This document shows positions 41,633 through 51,074 of a stretch of DNA of 64,000 nucleotides, in pieces. Origin of the DNA: Nannocystis pusilla (GTDB lineage: Bacteria > Myxococcota_A > Polyangia > Nannocystales > Nannocystaceae); contig NZ_JAPNKE010000002.1 in assembly GCF_026626665.1 (NCBI RefSeq), positions 3,693,168-3,757,167 of the forward strand, in the 5' to 3' direction. A program made the translations under genes and the position numbers. Within the stretch, counting starts at the first letter, position 1, and each line of letters starts with the position of its first letter. A model generated the notes under the pieces. The model worked only from the letters and a program-made list of their open reading frames with translations. It did no database searches and was not told the origin of the DNA.

Positions 41633-43096
41633 ATGACCCACGTCCTGCTCCCCGTGCTCGACGCCTTCGCCGACCTGCGGACCCTCGTGATCGGCGAGGC
41701 CATGCTCGACGCCTACCTCGACGGCCACAGCGAGCGGCTGTGCCGCGAGGCCCCGGTGCCCGTCGTCGACGTCGACGCGCGCCGCGACGTCCCCGGCGGC
41801 GGCGCCAACACGGCCGTCAACGCGGCCGCGCTCGAGGCCCGGGTCACCTTCCTCTCCGTCGTCGGCGGCGACGACGAGGCCGACCGCCTGGCGCGCTCGC
41901 TGGCCGCCCTCGGCGTCCCCGCCCACGGCCTCGTGCGCGCCGGCGGGCGCCGCACCCTCGTCAAGCAGCGCGTCCTCGCCGGCGGCCAGATCCTCCTGCG
42001 CCTCGACGCCGGCAGCCGCGACGACCTCGACCCCGTCACCGAGGCCCGCCTGTGCGAGCGCCTGCGGGCCGCCTGGAGCGACGTCGACGCCGTCATCGTC
42101 TCCGACTACGGCTACGGCCTCCTCACGGGCGGCGTGATCGACGAGCTCGCCGCACTGCAGGCCGCCCACCCGCGCGTCCTCGTCGCCGACGCCAAGGACC
42201 TGCGCCGGCTAGCGCGCGCCCGGCCCACCGCCGTCAAGCCCAACTACTGCGAGGCCGCGCGCCTGCTCGGCCTCGCCAATGGCCACGGCGACGGCCGCGT
42301 CGAGCAGATCGCCGCCCACGAGGCCGAGTTCCTGCAGATCACCGGCGCGCGGATCGCCGCCGTCACCCTCGACTGCGCCGGCGCCCTGGTCTTCGAGACA
42401 GGTCAGCCCGCCTACCGCACCTACGCCCGGCCCTCCTCCGACGCCAACGCCACCGGCGCCGGCGACACCTTCGTCGGCGCCCTCGCCCTCGCCCTCGCCG
42501 CCGGCGCCCCGACCCACGCCTGCGCCGACCTGGCCTCGAGCGCCGCCAGCCTCGTGGTCGCGCGCGACGGCACCACCGCCTGCAGCGCCGCCGAGCTGCG
42601 CGTCCACCTCGCCTCGCAGGACAAGCTGCTCGGCCACGACGACCTCGCCCTGCTCGCCGACTGCCTGCACCGCGCCGGCAAGCGGCTCGTGTTCACCAAC
42701 GGCTGCTTCGACATCCTCCACCGCGGCCACATCACCTGCCTCAGCCGCGCCAAGGCGCTGGGCGACGTCCTGATCGTCGGCCTCAACGCCGACGCCAGCG
42801 TCCGCCGGCTCAAGGGCGCCGCTCGCCCGATCAACTGCGCCGCCGATCGGGCCCAGGTGCTGGCCGCCCTCTCGTGCGTCGACCACATCGTCGAGTTCGC
42901 CGACGACACCCCGACCCGCCTCATCGAGCTCGCGCGGCCCGACGTCTACGTCAAGGGCGGCGACTACAGCCTCGACAAGCTGCCCGAGGCCCCGCTCGTG
43001 TCGCGCCTCGGCGGCGAGGTCTGCTTCATGCCCTACCTCGACGATGTCAGCACCACCGGGATCCTCGCGCGGATCGGCGAACGAGGCCCGGGATGA
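41633..43096 (+). CDS. hldE: bifunctional D-beta-D-heptose 7-phosphate kinase / D-beta-D-heptose 1-phosphate adenylyltransferase
   Basis: N-terminal PfkB kinase domain (GGGANTAVN...NATGAGDTF). C-terminal cytidylyltransferase domain (FTNGCFDILHRGH). Intact. Confidence 0.9.
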   Translation: MTHVLLPVLDAFADLRTLVIGEAMLDAYLDGHSERLCREAPVPVVDVDARRDVPGGGANTAVNAAALEARVTFLSVVGGDDEADRLARSLAALGVPAHGLVRAGGRRTLVKQRVLAGGQILLRLDAGSRDDLDPVTEARLCERLRAAWSDVDAVIVSDYGYGLLTGGVIDELAALQAAHPRVLVADAKDLRRLARARPTAVKPNYCEAARLLGLANGHGDGRVEQIAAHEAEFLQITGARIAAVTLDCAGALVFETGQPAYRTYARPSSDANATGAGDTFVGALALALAAGAPTHACADLASSAASLVVARDGTTACSAAELRVHLASQDKLLGHDDLALLADCLHRAGKRLVFTNGCFDILHRGHITCLSRAKALGDVLIVGLNADASVRRLKGAARPINCAADRAQVLAALSCVDHIVEFADDTPTRLIELARPDVYVKGGDYSLDKLPEAPLVSRLGGEVCFMPYLDDVSTTGILARIGERGPG

Positions 43097-44196
43097 CCTG
43101 GTCGTCCGCCCGCCGCGTCCTGTGCGTCCGCCTCGACACCGTCGGCGACGTGCTCATGACCACCCCGGCCCTGCGCGCGCTCAAGGAGGGTCACCCGCAG
43201 CGCCACCTCACCCTCCTCACCTCGAGCCCCGGCGCCCTCGTCGGCCGCCTCGTGCCCGAGGTCGACGACGTCTGGACCTACGACGCCGCCTGGCTCAAGG
43301 CCGGCCCCGCGCGCCGCGACGCCAGCCTCGACCGCGGCGTGATCGACCGCCTCCGCGCCGGCCGCTTCGACGCCGCCGTCGTCTTCACCGTCTACAGCCA
43401 GAACCCGCTGCCCGCCGCCCTCCTCGCCTGGCTCGCCGACATCCCGCTGCGCCTGGCTCACTGCCGCGAGAACCCCTACCAGCTCCTCACCGACTGGATC
43501 CCCGAGACCGAGCCCGAGCGCGGCGTGCGGCACGAGGTCACCCGCCAGCTCGACCTCGTCGCCGCCGTCGGCCTGCGCCCCTCGCATCATCGACTGTCCC
43601 TCCGGCCATGTCCCGAAGACCACCTCGCGGCCGAGGCCGAGCTCCGCCCCCTGCGCCTCGGCCGGCGCTGGGCCGTCGTCCACCCCGGCGCCACCGCCAG
43701 CTCGCGCCGCTACCCGCCCGCCGCCTTCGCCGTGGTCGCCCGCGCCCTCGTCCGCGACCACGGCGTCGGCCTCGTGTTCACCGGCGCCGGCGACGAGGTC
43801 CCTCTGGTCGAGCAGATCCGCGGCGCCGCCGGCGTCCCCACCCACTCCCTCGCCGGCCGCCTCTCGCTCGGCGCCCTCGCGGCCGTGATCGCCCGCGCCG
43901 GCCTGCTCATCAGCAACAACACCGGCCCCGCCCACGTCGCCGCCGCCGTGGGCACCCCCGTCGTCGACCTCTACGCCCTCACCAACCCGCAGCACACCCC
44001 CTGGGCCGTCCCCGCGCGGGTCCTGAACCACCCGGTCCCGTGCGCCCCCTGCTACCGCTCGACCTGTCCCGAAGGCCATCACCTGTGCCTGCGCGGCGTC
44101 CCCCCGGCCGCGGTCGTCGCCGCCGCCCTCGAGCTGCTGCGCCCCGACCCCCGCGAAGCCCCCACCGCCGCCCCGGTCCCCCTCGCCCTCACGTGA
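43093..44196 (+). CDS. GT9 heptosyltransferase
   Basis: ATGA overlap with hldE. RVLCVRLDTVGDVLMTTPALRAL..., C-domain ...NNTGPAHVAAAVGTPVVDLY. Intact. Confidence 0.8.
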   Translation: MTWSSARRVLCVRLDTVGDVLMTTPALRALKEGHPQRHLTLLTSSPGALVGRLVPEVDDVWTYDAAWLKAGPARRDASLDRGVIDRLRAGRFDAAVVFTVYSQNPLPAALLAWLADIPLRLAHCRENPYQLLTDWIPETEPERGVRHEVTRQLDLVAAVGLRPSHHRLSLRPCPEDHLAAEAELRPLRLGRRWAVVHPGATASSRRYPPAAFAVVARALVRDHGVGLVFTGAGDEVPLVEQIRGAAGVPTHSLAGRLSLGALAAVIARAGLLISNNTGPAHVAAAVGTPVVDLYALTNPQHTPWAVPARVLNHPVPCAPCYRSTCPEGHHLCLRGVPPAAVVAAALELLRPDPREAPTAAPVPLALT

Positions 44197-44247
44197 CGCG
44201 TCGCCTCGACCGCAACCCCACTTCGAATCACTCGCCTCCTCGATGTC

Positions 44248-45603
44248 ATGAGTCCCATGTCTCCACGCAACGACCTGCTCCCCGACGTCGCCCCGCTCGC
44301 CCTCGATCCCCGGCCGCGGCTCGGCCGCGACTACTCGCGGCTGACCGGCCCGGGCCCGGCCGCGCTGCTCGAGCGGGCGCGCCTCCTCGACGGGTCGCGC
44401 GTGCGGCGGATCCTCGTCGTCCGGCTCGACAACCTCGGCGACATCATCCTCACCGGCCCGGCCCTGCGCGCGCTCAAGGCCCATCTCCCGCACGTCCACC
44501 TCACCCTGCTCGCCAGCCCCGGCGGCGCCGCCGCGGCCGCCCTGCTGCCGTGGGTCGACGCCGTCGAGCCCTGCCGCGCCCTGTGGCAGGACCTGGGCCG
44601 CCTCGCCTTCGATCCCGCGCGCGAGCGCGAGCTCATCGCCACCCTGCGGCGCGGCGAGTACGACCTCGCCTTCATCCTCACCAGCTTCCGCCAGAGCCCG
44701 CACCCGGCCGCCGTCGTCTGCGCCATGGCCGGCATCCCTGTGCGGATCGGCGAGTCGCGCGAGCGCGGGCGGGCCCTCACCGTCGCCCTCCCGCACGCCG
44801 ACGACGGCCTCCATCAGAGCGAGCGCAACCTTCAACTCGTCGAGCGCCTCGGCGTGCCGGTCGTCGATCGCCGGCTCGAAATCCGCCTCCCGCGGCCCGC
44901 CTGGACCGCCGCCCAGGCCCGCCTGGCCGCCCACGGCGTCGCCGGCGACTACCTCGTGTGGAACCCCTTCGCCAGCTGCGCCGCGCGCACCTACGACCCC
45001 TTGCGCCACGCCCTCGCCGCCCGCGCTCTGGCCGAGTACGCCGACCTGCGCCTGCTCGTCTGCGGCGCCGCCCGCGACCGCGAGCGCGCCCGCGAGCTCC
45101 TGCCGCTGCTCGGCCCGCGCGGCCTCGACCTGGTCGGAGAGACAGATCTGCCCGAGTTCGCCGCCCTCCTCGCCGGCGCCCGCCTCGTCCTCACCAACAA
45201 CACCGCCGCCCTCCACCTCGCCGACGCCCTCGCGGTGCCCCAGCTCGTCACCTACGCCGGTACCGACCGCGACAGCCAGTGGATGCCCCGCACCTCGCCC
45301 CACCGCCTCCTGCGCCGCCCCACCGCCTGCACCCCCTGCTATCGCTTCGCCTGCCCGACCGGCCACGAGTGCCTCGCCCTGGCCCCCGCCGAGGTCCTCG
45401 CCGCCGGCCTCTCGCTGCTCGCCGAGACCGCCGTGCGCGTGAAGCCCGGAGCGGCGAGCGCTCGTGCGCGTGACGTGAGAGCGCAGCAGCGCCGCCGCGG
45501 CGGCAGGCTGCTGACCGACCTGCCGCGCGTCCGACCGAGCTCGCAACGAGCGCGGCGCCGCTACGGCGCGGGGCACACGCCCTTGTCGTTGTACCCGTCG
45601 TAG
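44248..45603 (+). CDS. GT9 heptosyltransferase (second copy); C-terminal ~50 aa look non-native and overlap the convergent gene
   Basis: RILVVRLDNLGDIILTGPALRAL..., C-domain ...NNTAALHLADALAVPQLV. Confidence 0.7.
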   Translation: MSPMSPRNDLLPDVAPLALDPRPRLGRDYSRLTGPGPAALLERARLLDGSRVRRILVVRLDNLGDIILTGPALRALKAHLPHVHLTLLASPGGAAAAALLPWVDAVEPCRALWQDLGRLAFDPARERELIATLRRGEYDLAFILTSFRQSPHPAAVVCAMAGIPVRIGESRERGRALTVALPHADDGLHQSERNLQLVERLGVPVVDRRLEIRLPRPAWTAAQARLAAHGVAGDYLVWNPFASCAARTYDPLRHALAARALAEYADLRLLVCGAARDRERARELLPLLGPRGLDLVGETDLPEFAALLAGARLVLTNNTAALHLADALAVPQLVTYAGTDRDSQWMPRTSPHRLLRRPTACTPCYRFACPTGHECLALAPAEVLAAGLSLLAETAVRVKPGAASARARDVRAQQRRRGGRLLTDLPRVRPSSQRARRRYGAGHTPLSLYPS

Positions 45604-46102
45604 AACAGCCCGCGGCAACGGCCACAGTAGCGCCATTGCCCCTGGCCGATCGAGCTGTTGCCGCCTTGATGGTCATTCGGCAGGTAGAACACCCAACCGA
45701 CGGGGAGTGCTCCCCGCCCGCAGGACATACCGATCCGAGGCTCTGATTGCCTGGTGCCCAGAATAGGCCGTGGCATTTGCCGCAGAACCGCCAGTCTCGT
45801 TGGCCCGTGCTGTCGGTCGCGCCCATCTGATCGTTCGGGAGATAGAAGTTCAGCCCCTGGAGAGCGTGTTCCCCCCCGGTCGGGCACACAGCGCCCACGG
45901 TCTCCCCATTTTGCGCATAAAACATCCCGAAGCACTTGCGGCAGAACCGCCAGTCCTTCTGGCCGGGGAGCGCGGGGGCCCCCGCGGAGTCATTGGGGAT
46001 GAAGAACTCCCAGCCCGCGGCGACGTGCCCGCCGACTCTGGAATGTTGGCACCCGCCGCGCCGATCGGCGTGAGGCGCGCCATTCGAGGCGTCTTTCGTC
46101 AT
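45561..46102 (-). CDS. small Cys-rich protein with three ~45-aa repeats (W[RE]FCxKCxG[ML]F...G.VCPxGGEH...Y.PND); one frameshift
   Basis: Strong RBS GGAGGAGACC then ATG at 46102 (MTKDASNGAP). The repeat motif recurs three times in two frames. Confidence 0.5.
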
Positions 46103-46706
46103 GGTCTCCTCCGATTCCAGGAAACGATGCCTCGAGACGGACCCCCGGTCGGCCGAATCGTGGTGCCGACCACAGAAGCGCCACGAAATCGCTCGCCCCG
46201 CGGAAGACATCGCGCTTCACCGCCACGACACGGCGGAGCTTTCACGGTCGGAGCGCAGCAGCAAACCTCGGAGCGCGCGAGGAGCTCGCAGGCCTCGGCC
46301 CAGGCGCCGAGGACGTCGCACGAGCGCTCCACACGCCCTGGGCGCCGGTCTCTTACGGCCTCGCGCCTCCGCCCCGACCGATTTCGCGCCTTCCCTGGGC
46401 CCGGCCGCGCCACGGACCCCCGCCTGCGAGCACCCGGACACACATCATTCGCAAATCCTGAGTCTGCCGCAGCAGCCTGATGTATCGAGGCCCGAAGCTG
46501 CGGCTGAGACCGTCCCACATCCCTCGGCGCACAGATCGATCCGACCGCCGCGCACCGTGCGCGATTGCCTGAGACCCGGCATCGAGCGCAAACGGGACCC
46601 CCAGCAGAGCGGCCCGCACACCCCTCTACGCCGCGCCTCTGGCGATTAGTGCGAACCGCCTCGCAGGCAACTGCCAACAAAATCTCACCCGGGAGGAACA
46701 CTCGCC

Positions 46707-46892
46707 ATGCATCTCGAACGAGTCGAAACCCGATCGGAGCAGAGCCACGGCACCGCCGTGGAGCCGTGGAGCAACCTCGACGAGGACGACTTTCTCATCG
46801 CGGCCGAGGCCAGCCTCGAAGCCCTGTACGAGGGCGAGGACGAGGAGGAGTTGTCCCCGGACGACATCGAGGAGTTGCCCGAAGATCAGTAG
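46707..46892 (+). CDS. small acidic protein (61 aa), hypothetical
   Basis: RBS gggaggaacactcgcc then ATG. C-terminus is very acidic (EGEDEEELSPDDIEELPEDQ). Confidence 0.35.
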   Translation: MHLERVETRSEQSHGTAVEPWSNLDEDDFLIAAEASLEALYEGEDEEELSPDDIEELPEDQ

Positions 46893-47084
46893 GCCGATCC
46901 TGCCGTCCGGGCCGACATCCGGGACCACCCGCTCTACATAGTCTCCTTACATCACCCAGACTTGCTCACCGCCGGGCACCGCGCAGACCCCCTGATATCA
47001 ATCATGGCCCTCGCCCAGAGGAGCGATTGCCACCCGGGCTGAAGCCCGCGCCACTGCTCCGAGCGGCGCCCCGGCGCCTGCCTG

Positions 47085-48011
47085 ATGCAGCTCGCCGCGG
47101 GACGCCCGGTCGAGATTCTCACTTCGACACCGCCGCGCCCGCCCGCGACAGATGCGGCTTCGCCGACCCGCCCCGTCCTGCGGCATCATGGCGTTGCCAT
47201 GCGGTTCGGTCCCGGACAATTCCTCGGCGTCTGCGAGCGGCGGCGAACCGCCCACGGCCTCGCGCTCGCCGATCTGCGGCCGACCGTGCCCGAGCACGAG
47301 GTTCACCGGCACACCCACGACGACGCCCACTTCCTGCTCTTGCTCGCCGGTCGCTATCTCAGCAGCGCGCGCGGCATGCCGGCCGTCTGCGACCACCCTG
47401 CGCTCGTCCTCAACCCGCCGGGCACCACCCACGACGATCGCTTCCGCGGCCTCGACGGCCGCTTCTTCACCCTGTCCGTCCCCACCGATAACTGGCGAGC
47501 CGTCACCACCACCTGCCCGCTCCCCGACCACCCCGTGCGGCTGGGCACGGCAGCCCTGCTCGCGGCCTATCGCCTGTGCCACGAATTGCCCCGCTGGGAC
47601 GACGCCTCCGCGCTCGTCGTCGAGTCCGAGTACCATCTGCTCCTCGCCGAGGCCGCGCTCGACGCCCGCGAGCGGCGCTCGTCCGGACCGCCCTGGCTGG
47701 CGCGCGCCCGCGATCACTTGCACGACACCTGCGCCGTCACCCCGCGCCTGTCCGAGCTCGCCGCCGCCGCCGACGTCCACCCCGTCCACTTCGCGCGCGC
47801 CTTCCGGGCCCGCTACGGCCGCTCTCCCGGCGAGTACCTGCGTCACTGTCGCCTCGAGCGCGCCAGCGCCTTGCTGCGGGACCTCCGCACGCCCCTCGCC
47901 GACATCGCCGACCAGTGCGGCTACGTCGACCAGAGCCACTTCAGCCGCGCCTTCCGCCGCGCCTACCGACTCACGCCCGCCGCCTTCCGCCGGCTCGTGC
48001 GGCCCGCCTGA
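47085..48011 (+). CDS. AraC-family transcriptional regulator
   Basis: C-terminal HTH pair ...[28 protein letters not shown]...[33 protein letters not shown]. Confidence 0.8.
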   Translation: MQLAAGRPVEILTSTPPRPPATDAASPTRPVLRHHGVAMRFGPGQFLGVCERRRTAHGLALADLRPTVPEHEVHRHTHDDAHFLLLLAGRYLSSARGMPAVCDHPALVLNPPGTTHDDRFRGLDGRFFTLSVPTDNWRAVTTTCPLPDHPVRLGTAALLAAYRLCHELPRWDDASALVVESEYHLLLAEAALDARERRSSGPPWLARARDHLHDTCAVTPRLSELAAAADVHPVHFARAFRARYGRSPGEYLRHCRLERASALLRDLRTPLADIADQCGYVDQSHFSRAFRRAYRLTPAAFRRLVRPA

Positions 48012-48078
48012 CACGTTCACCGCGTACAAGACCGGGCCCCGCCGCGCGGCTAGCCTCGCGCTCTCCCGACCTGGCCCG

Positions 48079-49170
48079 ATGCCCGCCTTCAAGCTGTTCG
48101 CCGCCTGCCCCCTCGCCCTCCTGCTGCTCCTCGACGCCACCGCGCCGTCCTGTCCCGCCGACGCTCCGGCCCCGCTCGCCCCGCCCGCGCCGCCCCGCCT
48201 CGAGGACCTCACGAGCGCCGTCGAGGCCGGCGAGTTCGGCCGGATCACCAGCATCCTCGTCGCCCGCGACGGCCAGCGGCTCTACGAACATTACTTCGAC
48301 GACGGCGGACCCGAGGCCGCGCGCAACACCCGGTCCGCCACCAAGACCCTCGCCGGCATCCTCGTCGGCCAGGCCATCGCCGACGGCAAGCTGCCCGGCG
48401 TGCAGGCCCCGATCCTCGACTACCTCGCCGCCTACGGCCCGCCCGAGCACCCCGATCCGCGCAAGGCCGCGATCACCGTCGAGGACCTGCTGACCATGTC
48501 GTCGCTGCTCGAATGCCACGACGAGAACCAGTTCTCGCGCGGCCACGAGGAGCGCATGTACCTCGTCGAGGATTGGGTCAAGTTCTACCTCGACCTGCCG
48601 ATCCAGGGCTTCCCGGCCTGGATGCCGAAGCCGGCCGATTCGCCGCACGGCCGCAGCTTCCGCTACTGCACCGCCGGCGTGACCGCGCTCGGCGCCGTGC
48701 TGCAGGCCGCGGTCGGCGAGCGCCTCGACCTCTACGCCCAGCGCAAGTTGCTCACGCCGCTCGGCATCGCCGACCCCCAATGGCAATACTCGCCGCTGGG
48801 TCTGCCGCAGGCCGGCGGCGGCCTCGGCCTGCGCAGCCGCGACCTCCTGGCGCTCGGCCAGCTCTACCTCGACGGCGGCCGCCACGCCGGCCGGCAGCTC
48901 GTGCCCGCCGAGTGGGTCGCGCGCTCCGTCCAGCCGCACGCCCGCGTCGACGAGGGCGTCGAGTACGGCTATTTGTGGTGGTTGATGCAGTTCCCCGTCG
49001 GCGACCGGATCTGGCAGTCGTGGGCGATGAACGGCAGCGGCGGCAATACCGTGCAGGTGTTCCCGACCGAGAGAGTCGTCGTCGTCATCACCACCACCAA
49101 CTTCGATCGCCCGCAGCCGCATCGCCTCACCGCCAAGCTGCTGACCGACAAGCTCCTCCCGGCCCTGTGA
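48079..49170 (+). CDS. serine hydrolase of the beta-lactamase/transpeptidase family, secreted
   Basis: Signal peptide [24 protein letters not shown] (SxxK) motif. ...YCTAG...GSGGN. Confidence 0.8.
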   Translation: MPAFKLFAACPLALLLLLDATAPSCPADAPAPLAPPAPPRLEDLTSAVEAGEFGRITSILVARDGQRLYEHYFDDGGPEAARNTRSATKTLAGILVGQAIADGKLPGVQAPILDYLAAYGPPEHPDPRKAAITVEDLLTMSSLLECHDENQFSRGHEERMYLVEDWVKFYLDLPIQGFPAWMPKPADSPHGRSFRYCTAGVTALGAVLQAAVGERLDLYAQRKLLTPLGIADPQWQYSPLGLPQAGGGLGLRSRDLLALGQLYLDGGRHAGRQLVPAEWVARSVQPHARVDEGVEYGYLWWLMQFPVGDRIWQSWAMNGSGGNTVQVFPTERVVVVITTTNFDRPQPHRLTAKLLTDKLLPAL

Positions 49171-49238
49171 GCGGCGACGAAGCGAGGGACGCATCGCCGG
49201 CAGGCGACGCGCCCCTCTCGCGCCCGCAGCTCGCCGGC

Positions 49239-51074
49239 TCAGGCCAGCTCGCAGGCCATGTGCGGGCGCTCGTCGGGCATGGCGAACAGCGGCCGCTCGC
49301 GCGGCAGCTGCGACGGCGACAGCTCGTGCACGGCGCCGTCCTCCACGAACAGCACCCGGTCGAACAGCGACAGCAAGCTCCAGCGGTGGCACGCCGCCAG
49401 CACCGTCGCCTCGGGCGACGACTGGAAGATGGCAGCCAGCACCTCGCGCTCGGTCGGCGGGTCCAGGGCCGCCGTCGGCTCGTCGAGCAGCAGCAGGTCC
49501 CGCGAGTGCGCCCGCAGCAGCCCGCGGGCCAGCGCGATCCGCTGGCGCTCGCCGCCGGACAGGTTGAGGCCGCTCTGGGCCAGGTGCGTGTCCCAGCCCG
49601 CGGGCAGCTTGGCGATCACCGGTCCCAGGCGCGCCAGGCGGATCACCTGCGCCAGCAGCTCCTCCGGCACGGCCTCGCCGAGCGTCACGTTGTAGCGCAG
49701 CGTCTCCGAGAAGATCTGCGGCTCCTGCGGGATCAGCAGCGTGCGCTGGGCCAGCGCCTCGAACGAGCTGCGGCGGCCGTCGAGCGCCACCTCGCCCGCC
49801 TCCGGGCGCAGCATCCCGGCCAGCAGCTTGAGCAGCGTCGACTTGCCGCCGCCGCTCGTGCCGACCACCGCGATCTTCTCGCCGCGGCGGATCGTCAGCG
49901 ACCCGCAGCGGAGCGCCCGCGCATCGTCTGCGTAGCTGAACCCCAGCGCGTCGAGCCGCAGCTCGCGCCAGCGCGGCCCGGCCACCGACGCCGGCATGGC
50001 CGCCGGCGACCCGCGCAGCAGCTCGCTGGCGTCTTCGTAGGCGGTGCAGGCCTCGACGATGTTGCCGTAGTAGGCCGAGAAGGAGCTGATCGCCCCGAAG
50101 ATCTTGTCGAGGTAGGCGATGAGCACGTAGACCTGCGCCACGTCGAGCGCGGTGCCCTGCAGGCCGGCGCCGTGGAAGTACCACAGCAGCGACGTCGCCA
50201 TCACCAGCGCGTAGCCGCAGCTCACCGCCCCCCACTTGAGCTCGCTGAAGCGCGACACCCGGCGGACCAGCTCGCCGCCCTGGGCTCGCTGGCGCCCGAG
50301 GTCGGCGCAGGCCAGCGCCTCGAGGTTCAGCGTCTTCACCGTGACCACGTTCGTCAGGTAATCGACGCACACCCGGCCGACCGTGTTGTCGAATTGATTG
50401 ACCAGGCGGATGTTGTCGACCATGCGGCGGTTGAAGTACAGCATCGCCGCGATGGTGACCCCGCCCATGACCACCACGTTGGCGGCCACGCGCACGTCGA
50501 GGGCCCACAGCGCCGCGCTGGCGAGCACCACCTTGACGCTGCCCTCGAGCACCTGCCACGAATACTGGCCGACCACGTTGCCGACCGCGAGCGCCGAGCG
50601 GTTGAGCTTGGCCAGGTTCTCGCCCGTGTGGCGCTCCACGTGCCAGTGCAGCCCGTAGCCGAGCAGCGCCTGGAACACCCCCGTCATCGTCGTCATGCGC
50701 GCCTGATAGGCCACCCCGCTCTGCAGGTAGCGCCCCAGGTGGTGCAGCAGGATGTTGGCGAAGCGCAGCCCGAGGTACGCGCCGATCCCGAGCAGCGCGC
50801 CCTCGTAGGCGACCTGCGAGAAGCCGTGCTCGACGAACACGCCGACCGTGTAGCCGATGGCCCACGGGACCAGCAGCTCGGCCGTGTTGGCGGCGATGAA
50901 CAGGGCGACGAACGCCCAGAAGCGCGACCGGCTGGGGGCCACGGCCGCCCACGCGGCCCGCAGCAGCGGCGCCAGCCCGCGCGCGGGTGGCAGCGGCCGC
51001 GCCGGCCCGGCGGCTTCGCGGGCCCCGACCCCGGCCCACGACCACGGCGAGAGGAAACGAGCGAGTGCGTGCAT
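49239..51074 (-). CDS. ABC transporter, fused permease/ATP-binding exporter (MsbA-like)
   Basis: Six-TM N-terminal domain. Walker A GTSGGGKST, signature LSGGERQRIALAR, Walker B LLLLDEPT. Intact. Confidence 0.85.
   Translation of the reverse strand: MHALARFLSPWSWAGVGAREAAGPARPLPPARGLAPLLRAAWAAVAPSRSRFWAFVALFIAANTAELLVPWAIGYTVGVFVEHGFSQVAYEGALLGIGAYLGLRFANILLHHLGRYLQSGVAYQARMTTMTGVFQALLGYGLHWHVERHTGENLAKLNRSALAVGNVVGQYSWQVLEGSVKVVLASAALWALDVRVAANVVVMGGVTIAAMLYFNRRMVDNIRLVNQFDNTVGRVCVDYLTNVVTVKTLNLEALACADLGRQRAQGGELVRRVSRFSELKWGAVSCGYALVMATSLLWYFHGAGLQGTALDVAQVYVLIAYLDKIFGAISSFSAYYGNIVEACTAYEDASELLRGSPAAMPASVAGPRWRELRLDALGFSYADDARALRCGSLTIRRGEKIAVVGTSGGGKSTLLKLLAGMLRPEAGEVALDGRRSSFEALAQRTLLIPQEPQIFSETLRYNVTLGEAVPEELLAQVIRLARLGPVIAKLPAGWDTHLAQSGLNLSGGERQRIALARGLLRAHSRDLLLLDEPTAALDPPTEREVLAAIFQSSPEATVLAACHRWSLLSLFDRVLFVEDGAVHELSPSQLPRERPLFAMPDERPHMACELA

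Noticed and set aside
43033-45636. 867-aa minus ORF and 809-aa plus ORF overlapping the two GT9 genes
   Set aside because: These are spurious high-GC ORFs. The GT9 genes in the other frame have conserved heptosyltransferase motifs and translational coupling to hldE.
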